Assembly (NCBI GenBank): GCA_028023455.1
Contig: JAQFVV010000001.1
Location: forward strand, 6,820,001-6,884,000
DNA from: Epiperipatus broadwayi
Taxonomy: Eukaryota; Animalia; Onychophora
Reading direction: 5' to 3'
Length of the DNA: 64,000 bases
A program made the position numbers and the translations under genes. Each line of letters opens with the position of its first letter. The stretch's first letter is position 1. The notes below the pieces were generated by a model. That model was not told the origin of the DNA and did no database searches. It saw nothing but the letters and a program-made list of their open reading frames with translations. Positions 11,717 to 26,700 of the stretch are shown piece after piece.

Positions 11717-14201
11717 TAAAACTTTATTATAGCTCTTCCAGAAGTTTACATAACTAAACTCTATAAGAAGTTTACTATCACTCCTCCAGAAGTTTACAAA
11801 ACTGTACCAGAAGTTTACAATAATAATAATTCTTTCTTCTTTTTGCTCTATATATATATATCTCAAAAACAAAGCCACCTGGATTGGCTGTTCTCCAAAT
11901 TAATTAATTAATTTAAACTTAAAGAAAATTCTTTTCCTTATTATCTAAAAGAATCTTATTGATTATAATGTTAATGCAATTCCATTTTGAAAATTTCCTA
12001 ATTGCATTTTTAAATTAAATTCCGAATGTCTTTCATTTTTATTAAATTCCCAGTAATTATACTTTTGTCACCTTTTATTGTAATGACAATATTACACTAA
12101 AATATAAATTGTAAAATTAGAATTTAGTACCTACATTCTTTTAATATCAACTGTTTTTTATTTAATTACAAAGTTAAACTTTCTTTGCTGATTTGAACCC
12201 CATCTTTTTTCATACATACCAACTCATAATTAAATTTTGTAATAAAATTTACATTTTTATATTATTTTTTTATATATTGTATTTTTTTTTAATGCTATAA
12301 TATTTTTAAACTTAATAGCAAATATATATACATGAAGCACATATATATCCGCATGTATATATATGACTGCTTCAATATTAGTTATTATTATGCTTTTTAT
12401 TATAAAAGTAATGTTTATTTAATTTTTTTTTTCATATGTCATAGTATCGTCCGGGAGGCGAATCCACAACCGACTGCAAACAACTACTTGCTTGCAAGGT
12501 TGCTGTGATGACCTCTCAGGCTAACAACGCTCGACTGTTTATTTAAATTTGCTATGTTAAAATAGCGTGTTATAAGGTTGTAATCCAAATCTGTCAAATC
12601 AAGTTGAGATAATAATTGATGTATGTGTAATAAAATCAGCAATACTGCAGTTTTCTCAGTTAGTATTTAAATTTAATTTATTGATTTAAACGTCATCATA
12701 AAAAATAAAAATATAATTAATAAAAGATTGGGGGTGATCACTCAACTTTAAGTATATGCATATGATTATTTTTAAAATATGAGTATATTTGTCTGTTAGA
12801 GAATAAATCTTCAGATGAAGATTCAAAGTTATTTTATATTTCCTGTTAGAAAATCAATAACTTTATTAAATGCTATTATTATCTTATATGGTAGCAAATA
12901 ATTTGTTATATTCTCTATTTAATAAGAAAATGATGAGTTTATTTTTATTGCTAACAATTAGACTAAGTAATGTATCTATGTTTCCTTCATCATTTCTTTA
13001 ATATGAATTTACTGTATTAAGTTATTCAGCAATGACAACATAAAAACCAAGCTTGAATGAAAATATCTAATTAGTAGTAGTAATAGTAGTAGTAGAGAAA
13101 TAAATCGTTCGACTATTTTATTACTTGAATCGCTCACTCAATAATTTAAAACATATATGGTGAAAATCAAATTAATTATAAAGAAATCATCCCTAGGAAA
13201 ATCTTTGATTTCTAAAATCTATTATCATCAACTTTTTCAATATATAAAAAAATCTTATCTGATTGTAAACAAAACTTGATTTAACACTCAAAGCATTTTA
13301 ATTGTATTAATAATAATGTTCCAACCAAAAATCTTTACTATCACTTTTTAAATTTAAAAAGGTAAAGTCAATATTTCGTAATAAACAAAAAAAAAAAATA
13401 CAATAACTCTCAAGTCAAGAAAAATATTAACAAACGTTTTTCAAATCTGTTAAACTTCATTCCTTCCAAGAATATGATTTTTTAACCATCACAGAGAAAC
13501 TTGAATAATTCAAATTATTCTACCAAAAGTTCAAACAACTCCTGTAACAAAAATTGAAATTTCAAAAAGTTTAGGATTCACTTTTACTTAATGATTGGAT
13601 TATTCTGATAGAAGGTTCATTACTAATTGAAGCCTTAAAAAATTACCTACATATATACTTTAATGAAAATTTAACGTATTCTGCATATTTTGTTGAATAA
13701 TAAATACTATGAATATATATTAAAGATTTCACATGGAGAATGAAATTATAAATGGAAAATTTTCTCTTGTATTAAGTTAAATAAAATCTTTGTTGTGATG
13801 TAGCTAAATCACCATCATTTAAAAAGATGGTGCAAACTGAATTATGTAATTGACAGTTGCACTTGTCTGCATTTACATTAAGATATGCTTAGCATAAATC
13901 GAACAAATGCTATCATTAATTACTAGATCATGAGGTTCAGTTTGCATTACCTGTTTTAATTGATGGTTGCCTAGTTATATTAAAATTAAAGGTTTTATCT
14001 AGTTTAATGCAAGGAAAAATTATCATTAATATTTTAATACAAATTATATCACATGCATGTGTGTAATAAATAATTTTGTGTCATCTGGCAATATATAGAA
14101 TGAAATAAAAAATATAACGTAATTGCTTCAATTAATTTAGTGTGTATATATTTATTTGTTTATAGTGTGGAGAAAATTTATGACTATATTTTATTTCGCA
14201 G

Positions 14202-14225
14202 CTGGTATAGCAGCTATGACAATGG
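14202..14225 (+). CDS. 24-nt micro-exon of TMEM272-like gene ((S)GIAAMTM(G))
   Basis: ttttatttcgcAG|CTGGTATAGCAGCTATGACAATGG|GTaaat; phase 1-1; supplies the hydrophobic stretch ending in Gly that precedes the G-x2-Y-x3-C motif of the next exon. Confidence 0.65.
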
Positions 14226-14541
14226 GTAAATAATTATTTGTCCTTATTCATGTTGTTATTGATCTTAAAATAAATTATGCAGGCAAAATGTCTACCTATT
14301 TGCATTTAAATTATTCAATATTACTATAGATAAATAAAGGTATTTTGAAAAAAAGATGATTGTCTAATACTGTATAATAATTTTATAATTAAACTGAAAT
14401 ATATGTTGTTGGTGGTGCTGATATAGTCATGTATCTGTCATCCAATTGCACATTTTTAGCCATAACATTGGAGCTAATAAAACCACACTGGGACAATTCA
14501 TTGATAAATTGAAGTTCCTTTTTATTTTAAAAAGTGATTTC

Positions 14542-15060
<519 letters not shown>

Positions 15061-15886
15061 CTTACAAATTAATTTATAAATTAAATTTATAATTATAAGT
15101 CATTATTATTATGGGACATCACTAACCTCTTATTACTTGTAATGGACATATCTGTTTCAAACTATTATTATATGCCTTCTAAGTTTTTAAGTTTCTTATT
15201 TGGTTTGGAAAAAGTGGGGGGAAATGTTAGTTGTAAATGTTAACATTTATCAAAACAATACTAAAAGTCAAAGTAAAAATTATCTGCTACAAATTTTTAT
15301 TTTTAATAAAACAAATTGGATTCTCTTGTTCAATACAAATACAATAAAACTAATAAAACATTCAAAATAAAAAATAATGAATGAGCTTTTTGAACTACAA
15401 ATATCAGGAATTTTAAAATGATTGTTTTGTTTTTTTTGTTTCATTATCAGTGATAAACAGAATAAATGTCCTGAAGAGAGAGTAGAAAGAGATCCTGTTC
15501 ACCTCTGTTTAAAAACATCAACTAATATTAAATCTTTGAATGTAGAAGCCTAAATATATCAGTATCTATACAATATTTATTTTTAGATTTCTTTGTAAAA
15601 AATTAATAATATATATTATAGTACTATAAATAAAGAATGCAAAGCTTATTTTTATATTAATTTGTAAAAATAAAAAATATTTAAGGTAAAGTAATATTTC
15701 TGTAGTAGGAGTGTCTTCTATTTCACAATGTTAAAAACAGATAAAAACGTTTTTTACCTTGCTGAGAGGGGTGTAATGAAAATTATTTTATTCATTAAGT
15801 GGATAATCTTTGGCTTAATGAATGACTAATGAAAATTATTAATATACTTCCATTAAACTGTAGTAATTGTGTGTATATATATATAT

Positions 15887-16436
15887 TGTAACGGTTGATA
15901 GAATATACCCGGATGTCCTGGTCCACAAATACACTTGGATACATCTATCAACTTCAGCAATCAGCTGGTTCGACTATAACCTATAATCAACTTACATCAA
16001 ATCTAAAAGTGCATGCTAGAGATAACACAATGAAATACCTGACTCATGATTACATCTATCTTTAATAGACTAGCCTAAGCATTATCTATCAAATATACAT
16101 GTAATTCAAATCAGTTCATCTAACATCTCACCACTCTTTTTCAAAACTGTTGCCTCAGATATTCGAACTCAGGAAGAATTCGTGTTCAACTCTCTTAACA
16201 GGGATGTATCTATGCAAACTGTTAATCAACAACTAAAATAATTCACCCTATCTATTAGACAGAAATAACCTTTATTTAATAATGTTCTCTCATGCTCATC
16301 AAACAGTAATGTGCATGTACATGTGTAAAATATTGGTTATAGGATAGAATGTAAATGCTGGATTGAAAGTAAATGCTGGGTCAATAAAACTGCAGAAATC
16401 TTGTCAATTAATAAAACTTCATAATATTTATTTACA
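15887..16436 (+). mobile_element. Candidate solo LTR
   Basis: Starts TGTAAC after a (TA)n run, ends TTTACA, about 550 bp, AATAAA twice near the 3' end; no matching TSD found. Confidence 0.35.
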
Positions 16437-17229
16437 AAAAAAAAAATATATATATTCAAACATAAAATAAATTCTCAATCAATGTAGAAAAGAAAAATTT
16501 AAAAAAAGAAAAATATTTACAAGGGCAAATAAATTATTTGGATATATCCCTATGTATTTATAGCTTTAATGTCTATGATGAATATCTATTATTTCTTTAC
16601 TTAAACAATTTAAAACTATTCACCCTTACTTCTCATGATAGATAACCATAATATAGACATCTATATATCCAAGATAAAAAAAAAAAATTATTAATTAAAA
16701 GTGAGATTGTTAACTCAATGAAAATTTAAATGCAACTTCAGATGTAGTGTGCAATTATAAGTGTGGAAAAGTATAATAATAAAACAACACATGATATGAT
16801 AGAACAGAAAATTATAAAGAATATCAATTTAAAAACAATCATTCATTCATTATAAAGATCTTAAGAATACTGTTAGTGAAACATATATTATAAACTACAA
16901 GTAAATCATGTCATGTTGTGGCATTGATTATTTCAGTGACTTAAAAAAAAACGCTTACCATTTAATTATTCTGTTAGGATACTTAATTTCATGTTGATAT
17001 CTGAAAATCAAGTATTTTGGCCAGAAAGTAACCTAGATTTTATTTTTAAAAAAACTTTTCAACCTCCCCCCCCTTACTCCCTTGATATTTTCTTATGTTG
17101 GACTGTTCCATGTTGAACTATAAGTAGTACTTCCCAAATGTAAGATCGAGATAATAAAATAATATATACAGATCTATACAACAGAAAATAAAACATAATT
17201 TTATAATATTTATGAATCGATATGATCAG

Positions 17230-17520
17230 GCATCACTATTTTTCAGAGTTCTCCTTACATAAACAGTTTGTATAATTTATGCATTTTTTTCCATTATAGA
17301 TACAGAAAACTCCTGAGTGATCCTATATAGCACATTCTGAATTTATTTAAGTTGACAGTAGGTAGTTTTGGGTTACTCCTCACATAGATTTCCATCTTGT
17401 GTGGATCCAGCTTATCAGGCAAAATTGTAGACAGTTACATATTAATTTTCACATGGCCATAGTGCATAAATGCTCCACCTGAAGACGATTGTTCTAGCCA
17501 ATGTATCTCATATTTTAACT
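17230..17520 (-). pseudogene. Decayed CR1/L2-like LINE RT C-terminal fragment
   Basis: NKFRMCYIGSLRSFLYL*WKKMHKLYKLFM*GEL* resembles AxxxLGxIxRSFxY...LYKxxVRPxLEY. Confidence 0.5.
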
Positions 17521-20500
17521 ATATACACAGGTTTATATAAATATATATGCAGTTTGCATTTAATAAAATATATTTAGACAGAATACAGCTCTTTACTGTT
17601 TGCAATATTGGCTATATAAACTTATAAACTTTAAATTAAATAAACCATTCTGATTTCTTTTTTTAGTTTCTTTTAAAAACAAAATCATAATACTTTTTTT
17701 TTTTAATTTAAATTGGTAAATTATTTTGACTTATCTGATTATTGAATTAGAATAAGAATGTTCCATTCATTTCCTTTACTCTTTTTCCGACTGGCAACTA
17801 ACTAGAAAAACATTAATATTTGTTGAGATGCTGCTTAAGAAAATGTCCATTTTGCAGAAAAATATTAAAATAATTCTAATAAACTTGACTTTTCATGTCA
17901 AATGCAGAACAAGAAAAGAACTATGATTTGTAATTGTTTTTCTTTTTATACTGGGGTTATTCCTATTGTTTAAAAACTAGTGTTCCTATTGTTGTATAAT
18001 TAAAATATTTTTTATTATCATTCATTTTAAAAAAATAAAACAAATTATAAAATAAATTTACAATATTATTATTATTATCTCTCTTATATTCAGCTATTAC
18101 AATACTTGATTTATTTTCTATTGCAACACAACATTTCACTGGTCAACATATATAAATATGTACAATTTTTTTAATCAAGGTTTATATTTTCTTAGTAATA
18201 AAATTTTATTACTAATATATGTTTTTAACTATAAATTACACATCATTCTCAGTACTTAATATCTAGTTAGTACACTGTTAAAAAATATCAAAACATTTAT
18301 TTTCTTCAAAAGTGTTCTAGCAAAAACTTATTTTTATTTAATCTTTACATGCTAATTAAAGAAAAAACAATCTATTATTTTAGATGGCTAAAGTTTGTTG
18401 TGGGAGCAATCTTGAGCTACCCTCACAATATACTTGCTGTTTTTGAGAGATATATAAATTTAGGATGAATATTATTGCATTGTAGAAGATGAATTTGATA
18501 ACCCTAAAATGTTATCAAGCTAAAAGTTAGTCTAAAATATTATGGACAAGGTAATGAACTTGATCCCAATTTTTTTCTTTAAATAAATATTTCAACAATA
18601 CATATATTTTTATGTCTAAGCATATAGCATTTATATTAATACTACTAATAATAAAATAAATCAACAGTATCTTCCTTCCTCCAGATAAAGTTTTTCACTG
18701 CATAATTTTGTACTATATTTTTATTACTTGGTATCAGATCTTGAATTGCATACTTATCCTATTGCTATCCCATTAGACTATTTGGAATAGAATTGAGACC
18801 CATCTAGCTTCATTCTATCATGACTGTTACAAATTTTCTATTACTTTTGTAATATTCATAATATTTTATCTAATTTCTACATATTCAAGATGACTGATAA
18901 AGATGTAAGTAGTTTTAAGTAATTTTGGATTAACTAGATCAATAATCTTTAAATTAATAATCACAACTTTATTAACATTTTAAATGAATAATGACCACTT
19001 TATTAACAATATGACATCAGAAAATTCAGAAATTTAATATCATAAATAAAATAAAATTTACCTGTAAACTTATACAAACCCTCTTCCTTTGTAAGTAATA
19101 ATAAATAATCACATGGCTTTATTGTTCAAGGGTTCATAAGAAGTTTGAGGTGAGAAGTGTCAGCACTAGACTCAATCTGAAGGATTTTACATTCCAATGT
19201 ATGACACTCTACCAACTAATGATAAACAATTGACTATAAAAATACTTAGTGTTTATTTTATCAAATCACTTTATTTATCTCTGTTTAGGCATTTCATTTT
19301 ATGATTTATGAATGTAATATGTGGGTATATATAATATGATACAACTAAAGGGAAATAGACTATAACATTTAACTTGTTTTATTCATCTTATCTTATTAAT
19401 ACATGCATATGTGTATGTTGATTGAAATTGAGAGTTTTGATAGCCAATAAGCAAGCACTTCATTGTTGATCAACAAGCACATTTCTTTATCAAAGTCAAT
19501 CTGTTTTAAATTTATATAATGCCAACACATATACTTGAATGTTAAATAATTTATCATAATACAATTATTATAATTATAAGCTTCAATAATGTTCCTAATA
19601 TATTACAAAACTGATGTCTGGCATAAAGAATTGATTTTAAAAGTTGAGGCTATACATATATAAGTGAAACTACAGATTATCTCTTGTAAAATCCAATACA
19701 ATATAGTTAGTTTGTCCCATCAGCATATAAACATAGTCAAAATATTATAGTTTTAAAATTCAATAACATTTTAGTACTTATGTATTAGATCTGCAACATA
19801 ATAGACTTGCTGCACTTTTTCACATTTGTATCACTCCACTGACAATTTTCTAATCTTGTGATCTGACCATGTAACATGTACACTTGGATCTTGTATAAGC
19901 TTAAACTGATAAATTTGTCAAAATGGACCACATGTACATGATATTTTCCCAAGATTTATAAAGTTATCGTCTGAATATATATTTCAAATGGCATAGCAGT
20001 TCTAATGTGTGACAGTAATTGCACCAGACTAAATCTAACAATATTAAAAATATTAATTTCTAACCAATACTAAAAATATGAATTTCACACAAAAATCTGA
20101 AAAAGTTTTATGCAATTCCCATATGTTACTTTAAATACAGACAAAACAGTCACTAAATTACAAAATGCTTAAAATATACACATACAGTACTTATCATGTA
20201 ATATATAACAGGAATTGTCACAATAATGAAACAATCAATTCATCTGTTTACTTTATTTTAAGTGAATAAAATTTTGTTTCAAAATGGAGACTAAAAGTAA
20301 TTTTTTTTATTTTTCCCAAAATGGAGACTTATTTAACATGTGATTATGCATTATAATGCCTGTGTGGGATCTTTACCAGAAATATTAATAAGTAGTAAAT
20401 ATATTTTTTTTTTCAAAATCAAAAAAAAAATTTAATTACTATACTTTTGTTATTTTTTCAATGTGGTGGAATAATTTTTTTGATGTCATCCACTATGATT

Positions 20501-22218
20501 CACATAAAAATGGTCAGTAACCAACAGCTCATAATGTAGCAGTTTTATAGGCTTTCTAACAGTCTAAATATTTGTCAATTTCTCTTCTGCATTTTGTTTG
20601 ATGACTTCCATCAGAGTTGCCACTGTTCTGGAAGAATTCATTCAGCTTGATTTTTTTTTCTTTTTGTGTAAACTCATCAATTCAACAATTTTGTTACAGC
20701 CTCCAATTTTACATTTTTCTCTGTTAAACCAAGCTCTGTTTTCTCCCATTCTATGGATGTTAATTTGTGAGCCCAGCTGTAAATAAATCAGAATGCCATC
20801 AAAAATGAAATTCTGGAACCCTGCAACCATATTCCCTTATGAAGATCTATTTTATTATTTCATCCTGAACATTACAATACTATTGCTTATCCAAAGTGTG
20901 GATGTACTCATCACATTGATCTCAGTAGCAGGTAAATTGCAAATTTTCAACATTTTGTACTGCTTAAAAAACAATTGTAGTATTAATAAGAAAATTGGAA
21001 AAAATAAATCAGCACTGAAGTAAAAAAATACTTTGAGAAGAACTTATCTGAACAAAATCTGGACAAGTGTGAATCTATCACATTATTGAATAAGATTTGA
21101 TGGGATTGCAAGGTTAGACATTTATCATGAATGTGAAAAAGTGTACCATCTCTCTTACATTGCAGGACTAATACATAAGTACCCATTTTTCATACTGCAA
21201 TTCCGATGTGTAGCATAAAGACTACTTTAAAAGTCAAGGCTAAATATTGTAGTCTTTCTCTCTTTACTTGTATTGCACTATATGACAGCTGTAAATTATA
21301 TAAAATGCGATAAAAATATGTGTATATACATATATATATATGTGTGTGTTCATTTTGTAGATATAACTTAAGCCTCAATTTCATATTTAAATTTAATCAC
21401 AGCATGATTAAAATGTTATTTTAATGAAAGATATATCTCAAACAGCACTTCTGGATTATTTATAAAGGGGAAGGGTATACATTTTTATAGTTACATTTTT
21501 TTTATTTTAGTAAGTGAAGCGTAATGTTTTAATTTTCTGTCATAAATAAAATAGATTCTTTTAATTTAAAGCATTTGATTAATCTAGCTCTGTCATAAAT
21601 TATTTAAATCATCTATGCCTTTATCAGTTTTCTTGAATATATATTATACCTATATGTGAGAAATGTGAAATTTATGTAAACTATGATAAAATTAAATTGG
21701 AAGAGTCTCAACTCTATCCCAAATGATCTAGCGGATTACAAGAAGACAAATATGCTGTTCAAAATCTGAAACACATGTAATGAAAACATAGGACAGAATA
21801 AAGCAATTTAACTGGTGAAATGAAGACATTGTCAATTTATTACATTAGTAGTAGTATTAATATAAATATATGCATACATATAAAAAATATATCATGTGCA
21901 GTTAAGATATTTATTTAAAATAGAATTTGGTATAAAAAAAATTCTAACTTCATTCATGATATTTTAACTTTTAGCTTGATGGCATCCTAATGTAATCACG
22001 TTTTTTACAATGCAATAATATCCCTTCTATATTCACACATCCTATGCTTACATAAATAGCAGGATAAAATAGAAAAGGAAGATCCTTTTCTTTTTAGAAA
22101 TATATTTGCATATAAATAGTATAGTGGATAGTCAGGACCGTTGCAAAGTATATTTAAAATAAAAGTTTTGTTTAGAAAAAAAGTAATTTAAATAGTATAA
22201 ATTCTTTTTTAATATTAG

Positions 22219-22413
22219 GTCTAATATATTATAAATCATGTGCAGATACTAGAGAAATTCCACTTTATCTGATAATACAAGGAACTTTAATGATGATGTA
22301 TGAACACTTGGACTTTTATTATAGAGAAGGCAATGAAAGTATGCTGAGAATTATTAGTGGTTCGTATTTGCCAGGAATTACTGAAATTTTGAAATTGATC
22401 TGGTTTATAATTG
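22219..22413 (+). CDS. TMEM272: Exon of TMEM272-like gene (GLIYYKSCADTREIPLYLIIQG...ILKLIWFII)
   Basis: ttttttaatattAG acceptor, GTAAGT donor; 195 nt, phase 1-1, stop-free. C-x5-IP-x-YL-x3-G and WFIxG motifs recall TMEM272-family proteins (recognised from memory, not searched). Confidence 0.8.
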
Positions 22414-22939
22414 GTAAGTAAAAATAAATTAAGCTTTTATTCTCCTCAGAATAACATATAACACACAAAAAAGAAAAAATTCCAATGCCTTTTTCTATTT
22501 ACTGTCTACATCATGAATACAACTTTTTTACTTGCAGCAATATTTCATTACTATTGTAACGAGCACAGACGTTCGTTACATTGTTTTTTTTTTATATATA
22601 TATTATTAAACAAGTTAAAATAAAAAGTTCGCATTTAAAAACTTTCTTTAAAAATTGAAATTAAAATATCGTCTTAAACTCTTATATATTAAGTCGCACA
22701 GATAATGAAAAATTATTAAAATAAAATTTTTATTAAAGAAAAAGGTATTTTTAAAACTAAATTTTAAAAAAGATTTGGAGATAAAATTATATCTTTAAAT
22801 TTGTCTTGAAATATATTTTTGATTTGGAAAACAGGGTAATTAATTAGAAATGGAAATGATTGTTAATTAGTTAAATTAAAACCAGCCTTGAGCATTTAAA
22901 TGTAATAACCTCAGTCAGATAGAAAAAAAAACAATAGAA

Positions 22940-23348
22940 ACTGATTAGCCAATGAAAGAAATCCATTTGGGAAATCGGACCTCAGCGAAAGAATCATCAC
23001 TCCATGACGCAATGTTAATTCAATCCTTGACATTAATATAAAAAGGACAGGTTTTGGAAAGCTTGGTAGTTAGTGAATGAGGAGTGATTGATTATTGACG
23101 ATGTAACAGCTAGGTGTTAGTGCTGAGGGGATTGAAAAAGACGCACAGCTTCAATCCCTTCAGTTCTGTAAGAAAGGAAGAAGAATGGGCCATCGTTTCT
23201 TCATTGAGGACCAATTACACTAAAAAAAAATAAAAATCTCCAAAGGATAAATAAATCGATCAACCGGATACAAATCTTCGGACGACGTGGGAATTCACGT
23301 GCAAACGGCAAGGAATATACGAAGATGAACTATTTCAATAACCGTAAG
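22940..23348 (+). promoter_or_regulatory. CpG-retaining promoter-like segment with a possible first exon, inside host intron 3
   Basis: CCAAT 22949-22953, TGACGCAA 23005-23012, TATAAAAA 23037-23044, roughly 15 CpGs in about 375 bp against a CpG-poor background, and a GTAAG donor at 23344. Confidence 0.4.
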
Positions 23349-24997
23349 ACTTTAAAATTTATGAACAGTAAATTAAAAACTTTCCAGATTTAAATGATTT
23401 CAATATTATTCTATCTGACCAACATTATTTTATTAATTAGTTATAATTTTATTTAATGTATTTAATTTGTAAAATCATTTCCATTTATTTATTTATTTAT
23501 TTAATTTTGTTCTTTAAGTTTTATTATGATTTCTGTTTTCCGTTAAATAAATTATAAAAAAAATGTTAAACTTAAGTCGGGCGTGAATGGCTGTATCGAT
23601 TTGTAAAGATATATTAAGGGAGGGTAATCTTGGGTTGTTCATTTCGTAGTTGAATTGGTTCAATGGATTGGATATATTTATGTAATTAGTAGGTGTAATA
23701 TGAGATCCGCTACGGGCAGGATTATAGATATACGCCACACACCCTCTGTTTGCCTATGGATGGGTTTGTAAGTCGGCAGAATACCGCAGCCCATTCCTAT
23801 GGAGTTTTTAGTTTATTGATCTACTTGCCCACAGATGTCACATCCCTGTGGGTGGAGAGTCAATGTCGTTTCTATTTCTACATATTGTTCAGATGTACAT
23901 TCCTGACAATATTGTTGTGTTGTCGTATCATGCTACATTGAATACATGAATGTATCAGATGGATTGGCGCCAGTTGATTGCGAAATGTGTTGCCTAAGGT
24001 TAAGTAGGGATAGAATATTTTATTTTTAAATGCAAATCTATGTAGTCGATTCAGGCTCGATCCTAAATAAAACTATTAAATTTAAGTTGTTTATAGACGC
24101 TTGCATGGATTGTTTATCGGTTAACTATGTTTTATGCTTTCATATTTGATCAAAATATATAGACATTCGATAAATAATGATACCTTACGGTGAGTATCTA
24201 AAAATGTATTTATTCGGATGTCTTTTAAGTTATTGGTGACGATGCAAGTATCTTACGATGAATACTAGAGGGTTTCTTATAATTCCCTATGCAATTGTCA
24301 GTAATCAATAATTTTGTATTTTGATCGTTTATGTTTACTTTGAAATGTTTTTGACCGTTGAAATCTATGTAACCGATCTATAGCAACATATTAAACAGGT
24401 TTATAAGCCCATCTGTGCGAACTTGATTAAAAATGTAAATTTATAATATAATAGTAACTCAATGTAAATTAAAGTAAAATCAAAGTTAAAAATAATGTTA
24501 AATGTTTAAATGTAAATCACTAAAATAATTTTAAACCTTATATATATGTGCATAAATAAATCTGTTTGTATGATAATTACTGGCAGTGGCTTACTTTATT
24601 CTTTTATATACTAGTAAATGATATTATTAAATCTCTGCTATTCCACTGAGCTAGTGACAATGGGCTAACGATCTAAATATGTAAATAAAGTGGAATCCTA
24701 ACAGCGCGTATCTGCCTACTCTATAAATTTTTCTAGGCTCAAATGCCTAGATGGCGCCCTTTGGTAGTGCGGTGCGATGCGATCTACCACTTCGTTTGGA
24801 TCGTTATACTATATAACAGCTTTATTTTGTCACAATCATTATTGAAACAATTTTTATTTACACCACTGAAGTAATTCTGTATTATGTCTTTTTACTTTCT
24901 TAAAATGATTGTAATAGATATATTAAATGCTTGGTGACACAAAATAAGAAAGGTTTAGCAGTGAAACCTTTTAATTTAATATAACATAATTGTCCTT

Positions 24998-25453
24998 TTC
25001 AATGGACAATATTACATTATGGAAAATGACTGGTCTATGCAACTTCCTACAAGAGTCATAATATGTAATATTGAGCTGAGTAGTATCGAAAGACATTCTA
25101 CTGAAATATTTTCAACAAATATCAAAAATTATATATATATCAATGACATTTCCATTTGTCCTCCTAAACTTCAAATTAATAATATTAAATGTGAACATGC
25201 ACAAAAATTCTAATTTATTTGGACCATCAAACATGAAGACTCATTCAAAGGAATAAAATTCATTGATTTGTATGTTCAGCAGGATATTACCCAATTGAAT
25301 TACAAAATGATAATTAAACCAATTTCAATTAGAGGAATAACTTCTAACTCACATAAATATGTGAGCTTGAAAGCTTTTCTACACAAAAATTTTAACTTGA
25401 CCAAGCTAGGAACTAGCTCATTTGTGTGTTTGGTGGCCAAACATAAACAGTGA
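24998..25453 (+). pseudogene. Penelope-like element RT remnant
   Basis: One frame, one internal stop: FNGQYYIMEN..SMQLP..IICNI (FNGxYYxQxxGxAMG), YIYINDI (RYxDD), IKFIDL (LxFLD), IIKP...SNSH (YxKPT...SxHP). Confidence 0.75.
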
Positions 25454-26039
25454 TATTGAAAAAACTGTAAAAAAAATAGTCAAGTTTGCCAAGAGACAAT
25501 GAAAATACCAGTCAAAATTATACCTGCTACATGCATAGTTCTGCTATAAAAAAAACTTTAGCATAATTATTAATAAAATAACATGTGAAAATACACTTAT
25601 ATATTTTAATTCCAAATAAATAAAAAAGAAAGATGGAGATTTGGGAAGTCTATGGATTGGAGATATAAATAAGAAAAAATGGCTCCTGGGAATAATTAGT
25701 AGAATTGTATCTGCATAAATATGTAAAATAAAATTAGAAGATGAATGAGTTTTAAGACACCATATTTACCAAATAAAAGAATAATAAACAGAAATATTAG
25801 AGAATTTTACCTGTGAAGCTGAAAGCATATTATGTGAGGCAATCATAGAAATATGTGGTAAAATATTAAGTGATACAGTTAAATAGAGAACTTGTAAAAT
25901 AAGTGACACAGTAAAAATTGAATCACTATAATTTTATTTACACTGCGGCCTTACAACCTGAAAATATATATTAATGATTTTAAGAAAATACCAGAACAAT
26001 GCAACAATAACCCTTGATGAAAAAATCCAAGACAGTGGC

Positions 26040-26700
26040 AAATATACAAGAACCATGTGGAGAAATACATGCTCATGAATGGAATAATTGATGATAAAAT
26101 GATAGAAGCCAACTTACTATACCTGTCAGAACAAGTATCTTAAATTTGGTAAACTGTTTATGTGATCTGAAGCTGCCTGAAGAAATTCCATACAAGAAAT
26201 TATTAATAAAACTAAATGCTTATTTTAAACCAATAATATCAAAATTCACAGCACATCTTAATTTCCATGGTAGGATACAATCATAAAATGAAACTTGAGC
26301 AAATATAATTTAATACTAGGACTTTGGCATAAAATTTTAAATTCAAGTTTATCGATGAAATGTTAATAGACCAGTTACTATGGGGTATAAGAGACATAAA
26401 TCTTACACAAATATTACTAAGCAAGTCCACATTTACATATAAAATCGCTATTAAACATGCTATAGCTCATGAAGCTGTTTTACAACACATGGAAGCCTTC
26501 AAAGATCAGCAGATTTGGATACCACAGCAATAAGTGTAAATGTGACAAAGCCATGAGACAAACAAAGGAAATTAAAATAGGCCCCTCCTATTTATTATTG
26601 CTGTGGAAAAACAAGCATTTAAAATCTACATGTAAGTTTAAAACAAAAAAATGTTTAAACTGTGGTCTGACAGGTCATTAATCAAAGTTATGTAAAAACA
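26040..26700 (+). pseudogene. Ty3/Gypsy (K02A2.6-like) gag remnant
   Basis: Across frameshifts: LPEEIPYKKLLIKLNAYFKP, EMLIDQLLWGIRD, AIKHAIAHEA, and a double knuckle (Y)CCGK..HLKSTCKFKTKKCLNCGLTGH*SKLC. Confidence 0.8.

Noticed and set aside
20460-21200. hAT transposase remnants here (minus) and at about 27400-28280 (plus)
   Set aside because: Only isolated words (EIDKYL, STLWIS, CYIH) in different frames; too weak to call without a profile search.
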